A stretch of DNA of 64,000 nucleotides from Octopus sinensis (Eukaryota), in assembly GCF_006345805.1 (NCBI RefSeq), contig NC_043006.1, positions 93,000,001 to 93,064,000 of the forward strand, in the 5' to 3' direction. The position numbers and the translations under genes are program-made. Below, piece by piece: positions 38,091 through 51,480 of this stretch. Numbering within the stretch: the stretch's first letter is position 1; each line of letters starts with the position of its first letter. The notes below the pieces were generated by a model, which saw only the letters and a program-made list of their open reading frames with translations, was not told the DNA's origin and made no database searches.

Positions 38091-38693
38091 GAGCGATAGA
38101 GAAAGGTAGACGTAGATAGAAAAATAGATTTAATGATTGAGTGATTGATAAATGACGGCCTCTCGGTCGTTACTTGCAATTGACTGATATTCGGTAGTAG
38201 GAAACAGTTCATTTACGTTTTGATTTTTCATTCACAAAGAACGTCGTGCAGAGATTTACTCGATGGCTAAAGTGTTATCAATCTTGAGAAGCAACTTTCT
38301 GTTTCGTAGGCTGAAAATGTTTTTGCCCTGAATTTTTGCTTCTCATGCATTAACTTTAAAATGGCCCAGACAAAATGATTCTCATGCTTGGATCCCTTCA
38401 CGTGAAACGTACTACTGTTCGAGAAAGTAAATCCCATCCTGCTAATACATAGATACAAGATAGTATTTACTTGAAAGCACCTTCCTGTGACTTCTTTCAG
38501 TATCATCAGTTCCAAAACTGTGATCATTTGGATCAAAGCAAGCTGGTTTATCTCCACAGTTTGTGCGCATGTGCGTAAGGATTCTATTTAGGTCAAGTGA
38601 TACTAAACACTTCAGTGTTACAATTCCAAATACCCTTGTATTTAAAAATAAATCACTAGGTCTGGAAATAGCGTAATATCATTGGACAGTGTA

Positions 38694-38734
<41 letters not shown>

Positions 38735-38812
38735 GTAGAAATTTACAGAAAAACAAAAGACGAAGACTGGTGTATAAACAACAGGTGCATTAGCTTAACG
38801 CTCGGGAAGGTG

Positions 38813-38850
38813 AGAGTCTTATGTTTCGAGCCTACGTTCTTCAACGAAAA
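38813..38850 (-). ncRNA. Decayed hammerhead-like PLE motif
   Basis: CGTTGA-AGAAC[GTAG]GCTC-GAAAC-ATAAGAC; core altered. Confidence 0.3.
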
Positions 38851-38911
38851 GGAGCACAAGGAAATAAACAGAGAGACAATATGCACACCCGCACCCCCCC
38901 CCGCACGCACG

Positions 38912-38944
<33 letters not shown>

Positions 38945-40361
38945 GTATATGCACATATGTGTGTGTGTGTATCGGAGAGAGAGAGATAGACAGATATGTA
39001 GAGATATACATATATATATATATGCATATGTATACGTGTACACGGATGCATTCATACGCATACACACACACAAACACACACATATATAGACGTATTATGT
39101 ACATAAATACAAGAGAGAGATTCAGAACAGCTTTCTTGTTTTACACCATGATCTCCTTTAAATTTCACTTCTCACAATCTTCATAAAATATGGTGAAGTT
39201 AAAAAATTCTTAGTAAAATACTTTGACTAAAATCATTGAAAGCAGCGCAGCAATATGTTCCTAATTTAATCACTGAAACCAATAAAATAACAGAAAAATA
39301 ATGAATTTAACTTCAACGTGTATTAATGCACCGATCGTATATTTACTCCTCACGGAACTCAAATATTTAGAAATAATATGTGTGTAATAATAGAGATCTA
39401 ATTGTTTCGGCAGAGTAAAATAATAATAGATAGAAACGTGCATTGTGTAGTTCGTACGTACTCGTGTATGTGCTGGTGAGCTGATGAGAGTGTGAGTGTG
39501 TGTGTGTTTTTGTGTGTATGTGTTTAGAAAGAGTGAAAGAGTTGTGGATCATTATATCTTCCCTTCCTGTATTATTTTTACCAATTTTCTTTTCTTCACT
39601 TGATGAAGGTTTAAATAAACATAGCGTTTGCTAATTCTAGAACTGAACATTATCTATTAGAAAATAATATAGATAAAATAAGACAGCAACAACTCTTTAA
39701 TTTTCAATTGATTTTAATGTAGGCATCAATTAATTAGCTTGTAGCTGCCAATTAATTATCACGTAGTTATCAAATAATTATCATGCAATTACCAATTCTC
39801 TAGGTTATAATTTGGCAAGTCTCGTTAACCTATCGTGCAATTCAAACGCCATCTTTAAGTGGATTAATTTCAATGTTTGAGACTTATAAATAACGCTGCC
39901 AGCTGAACTCTGATACTGACAGTACAGCATATAAAATGTATCAGCTCACGTTAATACAAAAGCTATAATAACGTTTAAAGTGTATCAGTTGGATTATTAA
40001 TAAGAGTAGCTGAAATGAAATAGCAGCTCTTTACCGAAGTATAAGGATAATTTTAAGCTTGCTACAATTAATTTTATAAAATTACTGTTGAATATTAAAA
40101 TGATTATATAAATTATGTTACATTTATATGATTTGATTTTACATATAATCTGCTAAATGCTTCATTATCTACAGATTCGTAAAAGAGATATATGAATTTT
40201 AATTTTTTGTATTTTTTCCCTTTTTTTAACTTTTCGAGAACAGCAACATTCTTGATACGTTAAAAGAATTGTCTTTTTCATTTATTGTTACCTCGAAAAT
40301 ATATATTTACCGATTATCTCCGGCATCAACACTCACGCACGAACAAAAATACAAAAAAAAA

Positions 40362-40603
40362 ATATATACCTATTTCTTTACTGCCCACAACGGGCTACAC
40401 ACAGAGGGGACAAACAAGGATAGACAAACGGATTAAGTTGATTATATCGACCCCAGTGCGTAACTGGTACTTATTTAATCCTTCCCGAAAGGATGAAAGG
40501 CAAAGTCGACCTCGGCGTAATTTGAACTCAAAACGTAAGGGGAGAGGAAATACGGCTAAGCATTTCGCCCGGCGTGCTAACGATTCTGCCAGCTCGCCGC
40601 CTT
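40362..40603 (-). mobile_element. Full-length SINE (Nin/Deu-like domain family)
   Basis: Minus strand AGGCGGCGAGCTGGCAGAATCGTTAGCACGCCGGGCG...GTCGACTTTGCCTTTCATCC...AGTACCAGTTACGCACTGGGGTCGAT...GTAAAGAAATAGG. Confidence 0.9.
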
Positions 40604-41182
40604 AAAACAAAATATATATCTTCACACCCAAACACATACATCCCACAAGCAAGTATATATACGCGCGCGCGCGTGTGTGAGAGAGAGAGAGTGTGTGTGT
40701 GTATGTGTGTGGGTCTACAAGACTAGACGCGTTTAGAAGTTTCTGATATTGATGTTTCTTAACATATTTCTCATATTTTGTTTGATCCAATGTGCATATA
40801 TATATTTCATACAAACGATAACACATCTAAGTCTAGTCAACATGACTACACTGCTCTATTAATCAAGGTTAAGGATTTTCAACTCTGCCCTAAGAATTAT
40901 ATATATGTGTATATATAGATATGCTTACAACCAGAAAAGGGAAAGATGCTGAAAGAATACTATGATCAAAGCTTAGGGAAAAGAAAAGCTTAAAAGATAG
41001 AGTTAAGAAATCAATTCATAATGATCTGATATAATATATGGCAGAGATATTGACAAGTAATAAATTCAGCTGATAAAATATAAAAGAGATAGTATGATTA
41101 ATAACATATAATTCTAAAGCCACATTTATTCAGAAAAGCACATATTCGACTGCATTATATAAATATAAACGTACACAGCCTC

Positions 41183-41236
<54 letters not shown>

Positions 41237-41247
41237 TATATATATAC

Positions 41248-41306
<59 letters not shown>

Positions 41307-41790
41307 TATATATGTGTGTGTGTATGTGTGTGTCTGCGTTTGGTTATATGAGCAGGTTAAAGAATTCCTAATATAAAAAGTATAAACATTAGTCGAAGCT
41401 GTTTTCCCGTCGCTGCGCAAATATTTCCACTGTGCATGATTCTTTGGCAGAACGACACTGAACAGCATATGCCAGACCATAATCCACTCCTTTTACTCAG
41501 CTTTCAAGGACTCTGGGTTCTTGAGAGTATCTCGATTTTCAATTTTGAAGTGATATCAGTTATTGTTTGTTAATTAATAGCACAAACCGTACAAGCACAT
41601 AATTTTAATATATAAAAACAATGTATATTGTATGCTATTTGATATATTTGCATATGTCCATCTTGTATAATTTTAAATCTATTAAAAATCTGTCTTCTTT
41701 GAAAATGATTCCATCTTGCTATTTTCTGTCCGCCATTTGTAAAGAAGACGCAAGTGAAGACTGGCAAGTTTTACAGGAGGTTTATTTAGT

Positions 41791-41843
41791 TTCTCTTTTA
41801 CTTGTTTTAGTCATTTGACTGTGGCCATGCTGGACGCCTTTAG
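41791..41843 (-). mobile_element. SINE 3' tail fragment
   Basis: TCTTTTACTTGTTTTAGTCATTTGACTGTGGCCATGCTGG. Confidence 0.7.
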
Positions 41844-41911
41844 CTGGGAACACTTCACTCGAAGCCTTCAATGGGATTCTCTACGTATGTATGTATGTAT
41901 ATATATAATTA

Positions 41912-41947
<36 letters not shown>

Positions 41948-42070
41948 CATAGATACAGACACACCAATATATTACAAGAGATCGCAAACTTATGCAGGAA
42001 AGAACTGACTAGAAACTGCTGTCATTCGAATGACATAACATATCATTTACAATATTTTTTCTAACCACTG

Positions 42071-42217
42071 AAAATTCGTAATGCTTTCTAAAATTTTGTT
42101 TGAATATAGGAAAATATATTCCGTTGGAATATATTTTGTTCGAATATAGGAAAATATATTCCTACGGAATATATTTTCCTATATTCAAACAAAATTTTAG
42201 AAAGCATTACGAATTTT
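42071..42217. repeat. Perfect 54 bp inverted repeat with self-derived spacer
   Basis: 42071-42124 is the exact reverse complement of 42164-42217. Confidence 0.95.
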
Positions 42218-42387
42218 TATGTTACACAGCGAGGTTAACGACCGAATAGTTATTAATAATTTGTGTAACAGTAAACCGTGTTCCATTAGTAAATAGAAAT
42301 ACAGAAGTATATATCCCAATATTTTTAATGCTTTTGGTCTCGCTTTGAAATTATTTCATCTCTTGTACGCACACACACACACACACG

Positions 42388-42419
<32 letters not shown>

Positions 42420-42566
42420 CACACACACACTCACACACACACACAAGTGCCCCCTATTATTTTATTTTTTTACTTGTTCAGTCTAGGTTACGGGTATGTA
42501 AAAGCACCAACGTCAATCGTCAAGCGAATGTGAGAACAAATACAGACACACAAGCACACACAGACA

Positions 42567-42724
42567 CAGCTTCTTTCAGTTTCCGTCTAACAAATCTATT
42601 CACAAGGCTTTCGTCGGCCCAAGACAATAGAAGAAGACACCTCCCAAGGTCGCACACAGTGGGACTGAAATCGGAACCATGTGGGTCGGAAGCAAACTTC
42701 TTATCACACAGCCACGCCTGCGTC
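42567..42724 (-). mobile_element. OK-like tRNA SINE, 5' part
   Basis: GCTTCTTTCAGTTTCCGTCTA...CAGTGGGACTGAAATCGGAACCATGTGG...CACACAGCCACGCCTGCG. Confidence 0.85.
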
Positions 42725-42730
42725 TATTTA

Positions 42731-43185
42731 CATGACACTAACCATGCTCTTCGTTTGTTCAACTCTTTCACCTTCCCTCCTGGCCCCTCCAAACTTCTCT
42801 TCACTCTTGACATAAAGAGTCTATACGCGGTGATCCCTTGGCCTTCGACACAACCCCCAACCTGACACATCCACACCTTCGGCTAGCCGAACTTGTCCTC
42901 TCACTTAACTGCTTCTCATTTGCGGGTGATTTTTACCAGCAAGTCTCGGGAGTGTCCATGGGAATGAGAATGGGCCCCAACTATACGAACCTATTCGTTG
43001 GCTACGTTGATGCCCAAATATTCTCAAGTTTCACTGGTTCCACTCATGAACTATTTGGTCGTTATATTGACGACTGTATCGGTGCGACCTCACTTTCCCT
43101 CGAACATCTAGACTCGACTCTCTTCTCTCTTTTGTCAAATTTTTCCATCCTGCCCTCCACTTCTCCTACACTATTTCCGACAACT
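42731..43185 (+). mobile_element. Penelope-like (Neptune-type) reverse transcriptase fragment
   Basis: LFTLDIKSLY, LAELVLSLNCFSF, GVSMGMRMGPNY.NLFVGY, RYIDD, then FHPALHFSYTIS after a frameshift. Confidence 0.9.
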
Positions 43186-43230
43186 TATATAGTTGTCGGA
43201 AATAGTGTAGGAGAAGTGGAGGGCAGGATG
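43146..43230. repeat. Perfect 40 bp palindrome with 5 nt loop
   Basis: 43146-43185 is the exact reverse complement of 43191-43230; loop TATAT. Confidence 0.95.
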
Positions 43231-43931
43231 TATGTATGTATATATATACGTCGAAACGTATCCATTTTTCTGGAAGCTAAGAGTCAACAAAATCGGTGGG
43301 GGAAGGTTACACATCTGTAGTTATGCCAGTTTTGTTTGTGGTTAACTGAATCATCGTAAAATTAACTTTCATTTCAATGTTGAAATCAGCTTCAATGTTT
43401 TCCAACTTGAACCGTCAGTTATCCAACGTGTCAGGGGAAGTTTAGTATCAAATAATCGCACACTTTCAGAATTTTATGTAGCTAATCCCTCTTTCAGATA
43501 AAAACACGATTATTATACGGAAACACACACAAGCACACACACGCGCGTATATATATAATAACCATGTAGGGCCACCAATCATATAATCGTGATTTTAGAT
43601 TACTGGAATATTTACAAGGACATCTTGGACAAAATAAAACCTATATGTCGTAACCATTTTCCCGACCTCCATTGTAGGTCAGCTTCCTGCAAGTGTTCCT
43701 TCTGAGTATTTGAGCGTTTTCACAATTAGAGCTCGAAATGAATATTCATAGACCTAAAGATTTTTAAATGGAGAAATTTAATTATCGTAACACTAATCAA
43801 TGTTTAAAACGCTCTTTGCTGAATCTGAAGTTATCCTGAATACAAAATTAAAATTAATTATGTAGGCGTCCATTATATCATTAACAAGTATTGTATTTAT
43901 GCATATCTGAAATGTTTTTATTGCAAACGAA

Positions 43932-44133
43932 GTGGTGAGATGGCAGACCATTTAGCAGAGCGGGCAAAATGCTTACCGGCATTTCAGTATTTACGTTCTC
44001 AGTTAAAATTCCGCCAGAGTCGACTTTGCCTTTCATATTTTCGGGATGATAAAATAAGTATCAGTTGAGTAGTGGAGCCGACCTAATCGACTTAGCCACA
44101 AACCTGCTGGATTTGTAGCAGAATTTGAAACAG
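43932..44133 (+). mobile_element. SINE (Nin/Deu-like domain family), diverged
   Basis: GGTGAGATGGCAGA...GTCGACTTTGCCTTTCAT...AAATAAGTATCAGTTGAG. Confidence 0.8.
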
Positions 44134-44556
44134 GTATGCTTTATTAATAATGTTTTACAGACCCGCATTGTTTCTTCTCGTAATGTGGAAAATTGTTCAT
44201 GGCAATTGCCAAGAGGATATTTTCTGCACGGTGGGATGTGGCTGTTCAGACCTTGGCATTCGGACTGATTCTCCTGTGTTCAATCTATCTTACAGAAGGA
44301 ACTCAAGTTGGCCAACAGAATGGTTTCTGGACGAAAGATTTCCTGGTCCATTCGCAATATGGCGATCAAAAGACTGATTAAGAGAGAGAATCAGCTCTCA
44401 GGTATTACATATTTTATGTTTTACCTGCTTCAGTCATTGGATTGAGGTCATACATTGCCTTCCACAGTTTAGTGAAACAAACAAACGAAGACCGGCTTTC
44501 AAGCGATGGACGAAAAACACAAAGATACATATATAAATATATATAAATATATATAT

Positions 44557-44672
44557 AGTTTCTGTCTACCAACATCGCTCAGAAAGCATTAATCGTCCAG
44601 GGTCCGTGGTAGAAGACAGAGCAGAGACCAAACTGGAAACCACATAGTTGCAAAACTAACTTCTTAACCTCA
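44557..44672 (-). mobile_element. OK-like SINE fragment
   Basis: AGTTTCTGTCTACCAA...GGTAGAAGAC...GGAAACCACATAGTTGC. Confidence 0.6.
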
Positions 44673-45244
44673 GGTGTGTAGGGAATGAAAAAGAAAATTT
44701 CGATGCATTGAGCCACGGGAAACTAAAAGATACAGCAAACTAAATGTTACACTAAAATATACTCAGAAAACAATATTTTGAAGGCTGGATATAATGCCTG
44801 GCGGAAAAGATATTGACCTTTAAAAGAAATGTCTAAAGGAACGTATATGTTTCTGTAATATTAGACCTAAACAGCAAAGACTATTTTCTCTTTTAGCAAC
44901 ACAAACAGTAATAAGACAAGACATATTGGTGACTCTGGTTAGAAATATTAACAAAACGGCCGGGAGGGGGGGTCTCTGAGATGACTTGTGTGAAGTATTT
45001 ACATCTACGGCAGGTGTTTACCTTTGCAATAGAATCAGTTGGAAATGCTATTGCCAAAAGAAATTCTTCGAGTTTTTGGTAGAAAACAACACCAACATTT
45101 GGTATATAAACCATATACACAACGGGCACGGTTGTTATACGGTTGAAGGAAAAACTACGGTAGTCAGGCAGGTTGAAACACGTGAACAATCAGGAATTTC
45201 TCGGAATGCATATACTATATAATTGCATGAAGCTGTCTGTGTAT

Positions 45245-45321
<77 letters not shown>

Positions 45322-45664
45322 GTGTGTGTGTGTGTTTGTTTATGAATTTGTGTTGCACGATTCTTGATGTGAAACAGATATTGTTGTGTTTCGGGATGGT
45401 GAACTTTTTATTTTGCCAAACATACGCCCTACATATTTGGTATTCACTCGTTTATTACTGTTCTTAAGTGGAGCAAGAGTACACATGAAGATGGACAGTG
45501 TCACTGAAGAGATCACGGACGTGCGACGAAAGATTTCTGGAAAATGGACATGAGTTATAATAAGAAGAGTAATAACGAGTGAAGAACGAATATACAGTGC
45601 GTGTGTTTATTTGGCAAAAAAAGAATGACCTTCCCGAAATACAACAATATATATATAGATATAT

Positions 45665-45688
45665 ATATATATACATATAAAGATGAAG

Positions 45689-45720
<32 letters not shown>

Positions 45721-46123
45721 TAGGTTTGGTAGCCTTCAACTAACACTATCTCCTCCGAGACCCTGCGCTGCAAGTTGACCAATATTGAGAGTGTTATAGA
45801 AAAAGGCTTGCTCTTCATTCCGAAGAAGATAAAATTTAAATCGGACCATGTTAAGATCAATAATTATTTACATCAAAAGGTGCTATTTTTTTGCCTTGAA
45901 AATCCCTATTTTTTACGATTTTTTGACTGCTGGGTTGCCATATTTCTGCCGTATCACAACCAGAAAAATATTCACTTAAAGAGAATAACAAGCTACATAA
46001 TGCAAAAGTTTTACATTTCAAAAGAGATTGAAACTATGTCAAAACTTTGTTAACGCGACATCAAAAACTGCCGTTTTAAGAGCAACTAAAAAACAAACCC
46101 GAGAAACGCCGGGCTATACTGCT

Positions 46124-46125
<2 letters not shown>
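45665..46125 (+). mobile_element. Non-autonomous Helitron with internal (GT)n
   Basis: ATATAAAGATGAAG 5' motif, (GT)n, body homologous to 1909-2234, 3' hairpin CCCG-AGAAACGC-CGGG, then CTAG|T inside (TA)n. Confidence 0.8.
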
Positions 46126-46156
<31 letters not shown>

Positions 46157-46839
46157 TGTTACAGAAATTGATTTAATGTAATTATTGGTATGTTTTCTAT
46201 ATATAATATCTATGCGTATATACGTATGCACGTATTTATATCTGTCTATATCTATATATGTGCACATACACACACATACTACACATATACCTACCAAATA
46301 TAATTCTAGATATTAATAAAATATTAAGAGCGCCGCAAAACTGCTCTGTACACATTATGTTAATGAGGGATCCGTGTGGCGTGAATAATCCGCAACCAGT
46401 ATTAAGAAATAAACATATTCAAGATTACATTCTATAGAAGCTGTAGTAGTTTATAGCTTTCGTTTTTAAGAATCGGGGAAAATAATATGAACGCACAACG
46501 ACAAATAGCCTTGCTTTATGTTTGTCGATCTCAACGATTAGTTTATTAATATTGAAATATGTCTGGCTCTTGATTTGTTATAGCAGCGAAGCCATTTTCT
46601 TTGAATCCGCATTTATTACTAATCGATTATTAATGTGAAGTTTCCAAATATTTAGACACCGTCCACCGAAAATTACAGTAGAATTGGCTTCTTACGAAAC
46701 CTAATTGCATTCGAAATGAATGATTCCATTGTAGGTTTGGCAAATCAATGCCACTAAATCGTACCTAAAAGCTGTTATGTCCAGTAATGTAGCATTTTGA
46801 TTTAGTTATTATTTTCCTTTGAACTCCAATAATATAGAA

Positions 46840-46997
46840 ATGTACATATATACACATATACACTTATATATATATACACATATACACATATATATATACT
46901 CATATATATACATACATATATACATATATATACATATATACATATATACATACATATATGTATATATACATACATACATATATACATACATAGATAT

Positions 46998-47028
<31 letters not shown>

Positions 47029-47240
47029 CATATATATATACATATATATTCGTACATATACGTATATATATATGTATATATACACATATATATATATATA
47101 TGCATGTATATATGTAGAAATATAGATACATATGTAAATATAAACACATATACATTTACGTGTATATCATAAATATATATTTGCTTATATATGTGTATAT
47201 ATATCCTTTGAACTTTAAGATATATATGTATGTGTGTGTG
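46840..47240. repeat. Degenerate (TA/CA) microsatellite
   Basis: Direct reading. Confidence 0.9.
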
Positions 47241-47345
47241 AGAGAGAGTTTGTAAATGTACGTTTCGTTTCATATTTAAACCCGCCCGGGTTTTCGAGTC
47301 TCCGCTCTTTGTGAGTTTTTGTTCGCATTGTATTCTGCAAAAACT

Positions 47346-47690
<345 letters not shown>

Positions 47691-48270
47691 ATAAATCTAT
47701 TAGGAGTTTAAAATATTTATTTATGGATTCTTGCAGTGTAGAGATTACAAGCAATTATTGCACTCTTACTTTGATAATTGAAAAGAGAGTGAAGTATATT
47801 AAAATTGTTCGATACATATTTACAGAGACATAATAGTAGAGTTAAATATTTGGTGTTATTGACCAGATAGGATTTTGACATATATACAAAAGCTAAACTT
47901 GCTTGAGTCAATATATCCCAAAGACTACTATATCCTTACAAAGAACATTGCTTACCAGTCGATAAATTTTAAAAGATAATTCTCACTGCCAGACATAACT
48001 CAATCGAAAAAACCTAAATATAAAGAGGATATGGAAGGTGCTATAATATGGTCACTCGATCCATTAGAAATATTGATTTTGAATATAGGTAAAGGACTAG
48101 AATATAGTATAAGACTTGAAATCCTCTACATTTTATTTTATCGATTACAACTAGAAGACAAGCAAAGTTACCTGTTGCCAGGTTTGAGCTCAGCTAGTGT
48201 GGAATCGTAAATATATGGAAGAATACAATTTAGCGTCTTTCTACTGATTCGAGCAATCTGCTAGAAATAT

Positions 48271-48480
48271 TGGTTTCCAATTTTGGCACAAGGACGGCAA
48301 GCTCGGGGAAAGGGCATATTTGATTACATTAGCTTCTGTTCTCGGTGGTTAACTTTTTTATCGACCACGAGATGATGGAAGACAAGTTCGATCTCGGCGG
48401 AATTTGAACTCAGAAAGTAAAAACAGACGAAATGCCACTAAGCATTTTTCGTGCTAACGATTCAGTCAGCTTTCTGCCCT
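48271..48480 (-). mobile_element. SINE (Nin/Deu-like domain family), diverged
   Basis: CTCGGCGGAATTTGAACTCAGAA...GACGAAATGCCACTAAGCATTT..GTGCTAACGATTC. Confidence 0.8.
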
Positions 48481-49658
48481 CGACCCGCAAGAAATATTAT
48501 TAAGTCAAAATGTGTCCTATCTTTTTTAAATTTTCACAAATTCACTGAAAATATATCCCTAGCTCTTGCCTTACATACAAAAAATGGGACGACCATAGCT
48601 AGAAAAAACTTTAAATATAATTCTGTTCATAATGGTTGAATTGGGACCAAAATATAACAAAAACAACAACAAAAAATCAAAATTATCAAAGTGTGTCCTT
48701 ATGACACTGGTTGAGAAGAGAACATGATTCTGCTTTGATTTTACTTATTACCATTTTTAATTCATCATTTCTTGTGCCATATGGAAATATTTCATTTTGT
48801 TTGCATTGAAGTTTAAGATTTCATATATTGCATTGCCGTAGGTATCCACATAGTTTTGTTATGATGTATTATATGTCATTTATAGACTGTTGTATGAGTC
48901 TCTCCTTGTTGCATAAGCAACGAAACAAAGAAAATTTCGAAATTATAAAGACACCTCGGTTAATACCTCTGCGATTGCATTATGAAAAACATCACGGGCG
49001 TCACGCAATACGTATAACTGCCTTAAGATGTCCCACACAGATGTGAAATTGAATTTACATTTGGGAATTCATTGCTGAATAGTGTTGGCTGTTGGAGAAA
49101 TGTGAAATGAAGTTGGCATCTCTGATGATACCTGACAATATATCATCTTTGATTGAGCTTCTCTGTGGACAAAGATACTGGAGACGTGGCAATCCTTATT
49201 TTTAACAATATGTAGGAGTATATTATCAAGTTCATTTTTCTCTTTTGAAGAATGCATGAAATAATTTGAGGAAGATATAGCCGTTTTGTTTTTCTGTCAA
49301 GATAAGCGACCGTCTATGCACCAAGTAAGCACAATGATACTAGTAAAAATTATCATTACATAAGTTTTTCAATTATATACGTATGCAATTTTGCATAGAC
49401 TTTGAAGTTTAGCCTTTCATTATGAGCTGCATTGAGCTGTCTATTAATTACGACCGATAAAGCATGTTATGCATGTCCGATTTATAGACAGGTGGAGTAA
49501 TTGTTGATTATTGTTGTCATATTTTCATTGAAGATTGTTTGTCTTTCAATTCATGGGAACGGCTGAAGTTTGATTCCAGATAACTAGGATACTTTCCTAT
49601 GGTTGCAGGGTGATGAAGGGAGCATGCCAGTGTGTGTATGTGAGTTTGTGTGTGTGCG

Positions 49659-49691
<33 letters not shown>

Positions 49692-51243
49692 AGAGAGAGA
49701 GTGCCTGTATGTAGTTAAATATTCACAAAAACATAGTCATTCATAAGAGATGATGAAAATATGAGACTCTGAGGCATATCAAACTTTGTCAAATGTGATG
49801 CAGAAAGAAAGAGAGAGAGAGAGAGAGAGAGAAGAGAGAGAGAGATAGCGAGAGACAGAGAGAAACATATATAACTCTCAGTTACGCCAGGATAATCCCA
49901 ATTCGGAAACATAAATGGAAAAAATGTATAACTCTTAATCGGCAGACTTCAAAGAGAGTTTCTTGTGTATAATATTGTAAAAGTTTATATCTAGCTTTAA
50001 CAGTTTAAGTTGTTCTAATGAAATTGTTTTATAGACAACCGGGTCAAATGTAAAAAGTCATTATATTCTAGTTTTAGATTTACATCAATTAAAAAACAGA
50101 CTCCATTCATTTATTTCCATTTTTATTTCATTTTACAACAGTAATCATGGAAGAGCCAAACAATTGCGTGATGGGATGCAGTAATCACGTAAATCATGAA
50201 ATATTATTCAGAACATTCAAGAGAAGTCTCGAACGATAAGAGACATATTAAATGACGAAATGTAATAGCTTAAGTGGGAGTGTACAAGGGTCACTGAGCT
50301 CTTGTGAGCGGAAGCCTTTGTAATAATGTGAGAAGACACAATGCAGATTTATAGTTAATTATGTAGGAATTTATTAATGAAATAGAACAGCCAACGGGTG
50401 GCAGTGAAATGAATTAATCAAACTATATGAGTGAAAGAAAGTAAATCATGCAATATTTGATAATGTCAAAAGCTGAATATTTCATTGATATAAAATACAT
50501 TACTACAGGACATGTTTTATCACCTCCTTTAAAACAGGGTCCATAAGGTTAGAAATATTATCAGTGAAATTATTGATTGCAAATTTTAATTTCAAAACTA
50601 AAACTTTGTATTATAATGCAATAACAATGGAAAAAAGAAATAAAATTCTGGAATTATTATTATTCACACAAAAGAGAAAGAAAACAAAAATACATTTACA
50701 GATTAACATAGCGTTAGCATTATCTTGTAGAAGTTATTCTAACCTCCGTTATATCTTGAATATAATGATTGCCCGCGACGTTATATTCGGAACATAAGAC
50801 AATTGAAGTGTAAATACAGCAAGATTTATTTCATTTCGTGTTACATAATTACAGAGAGAAAGCAATTAATAAAATGCATGACAGATTTGTAATCACCAAC
50901 AGCGAAGACTCACATCTAACAAATATATTTTATGTTTCGTATTAACCATTTATGCCCCATGATGTTGCAAAGGTATATGAACACAACAGCCACAAGCTAC
51001 TCCACCATCTTTTGGCATTAATTTTAAAGGAATGTTTGTAACGTAGTCGAGGGTTCAGAAGTTTATGGGGAAGTAACACGAGTTGATTATGGTCTCTTCT
51101 CCTACTATTTGACTGATAGTTTAGCCTGTAGAACTTCGCCCCGAGTTGTGTAGGCCTAAGCTAACCTCGGCAGTATTTGCAGTCACCATATAGAGAGCTG
51201 GAATAAAAGCATAATGTATGTTTGTTCGATACGTAAACGATAT

Positions 51244-51289
51244 CTGATGATTTACCTCACATTAAAGGTAAAGAAATACTGAAAGAGTA
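51244..51289 (+). ncRNA. Hammerhead-like motif with intact core
   Basis: CTGATGA-TTTACCT[CACATTAA]AGGTAAA-GAAA; perfect 7 bp stem II, but no convincing stem I. Confidence 0.4.
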
Positions 51290-51307
51290 AAGCGATACTT
51301 CCGCTGA

Positions 51308-51446
51308 TGTTGATGATGGTGATGATGATGATGACTGCGAGGACTACGATAACGATGACGGTGGTGATTATAATCATGGAGACAGCCGCGATGACTGCGA
51401 GGGTAACAGCCTGATTATGATGATGATGATGATGATGATGATGATA

Positions 51447-51478
<32 letters not shown>

Positions 51479-51480
51479 AT
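51308..51480. repeat. (GAT)n microsatellite, partly degenerate
   Basis: Direct reading. Confidence 0.9.

Noticed and set aside
38480-38590. Minus-strand LTHMRTNCGDKPAC resembling a C2H2 zinc-finger linker
   Set aside because: No Cys pair or second His, no repeat of fingers, weak splice context.
45504-45540. CTGAAGA...GAAA motif
   Set aside because: Stem II pairs poorly, position 17 would be G, and there is no stem I.
49159-49194. FSVDKDTGDV cadherin-like motif
   Set aside because: Bounded by stops within about 20 codons; no other cadherin motifs.
51301-51420. Asp-rich reading DDGDDDDDCEDYDND
   Set aside because: Degenerate edge of a (GAT)n microsatellite.
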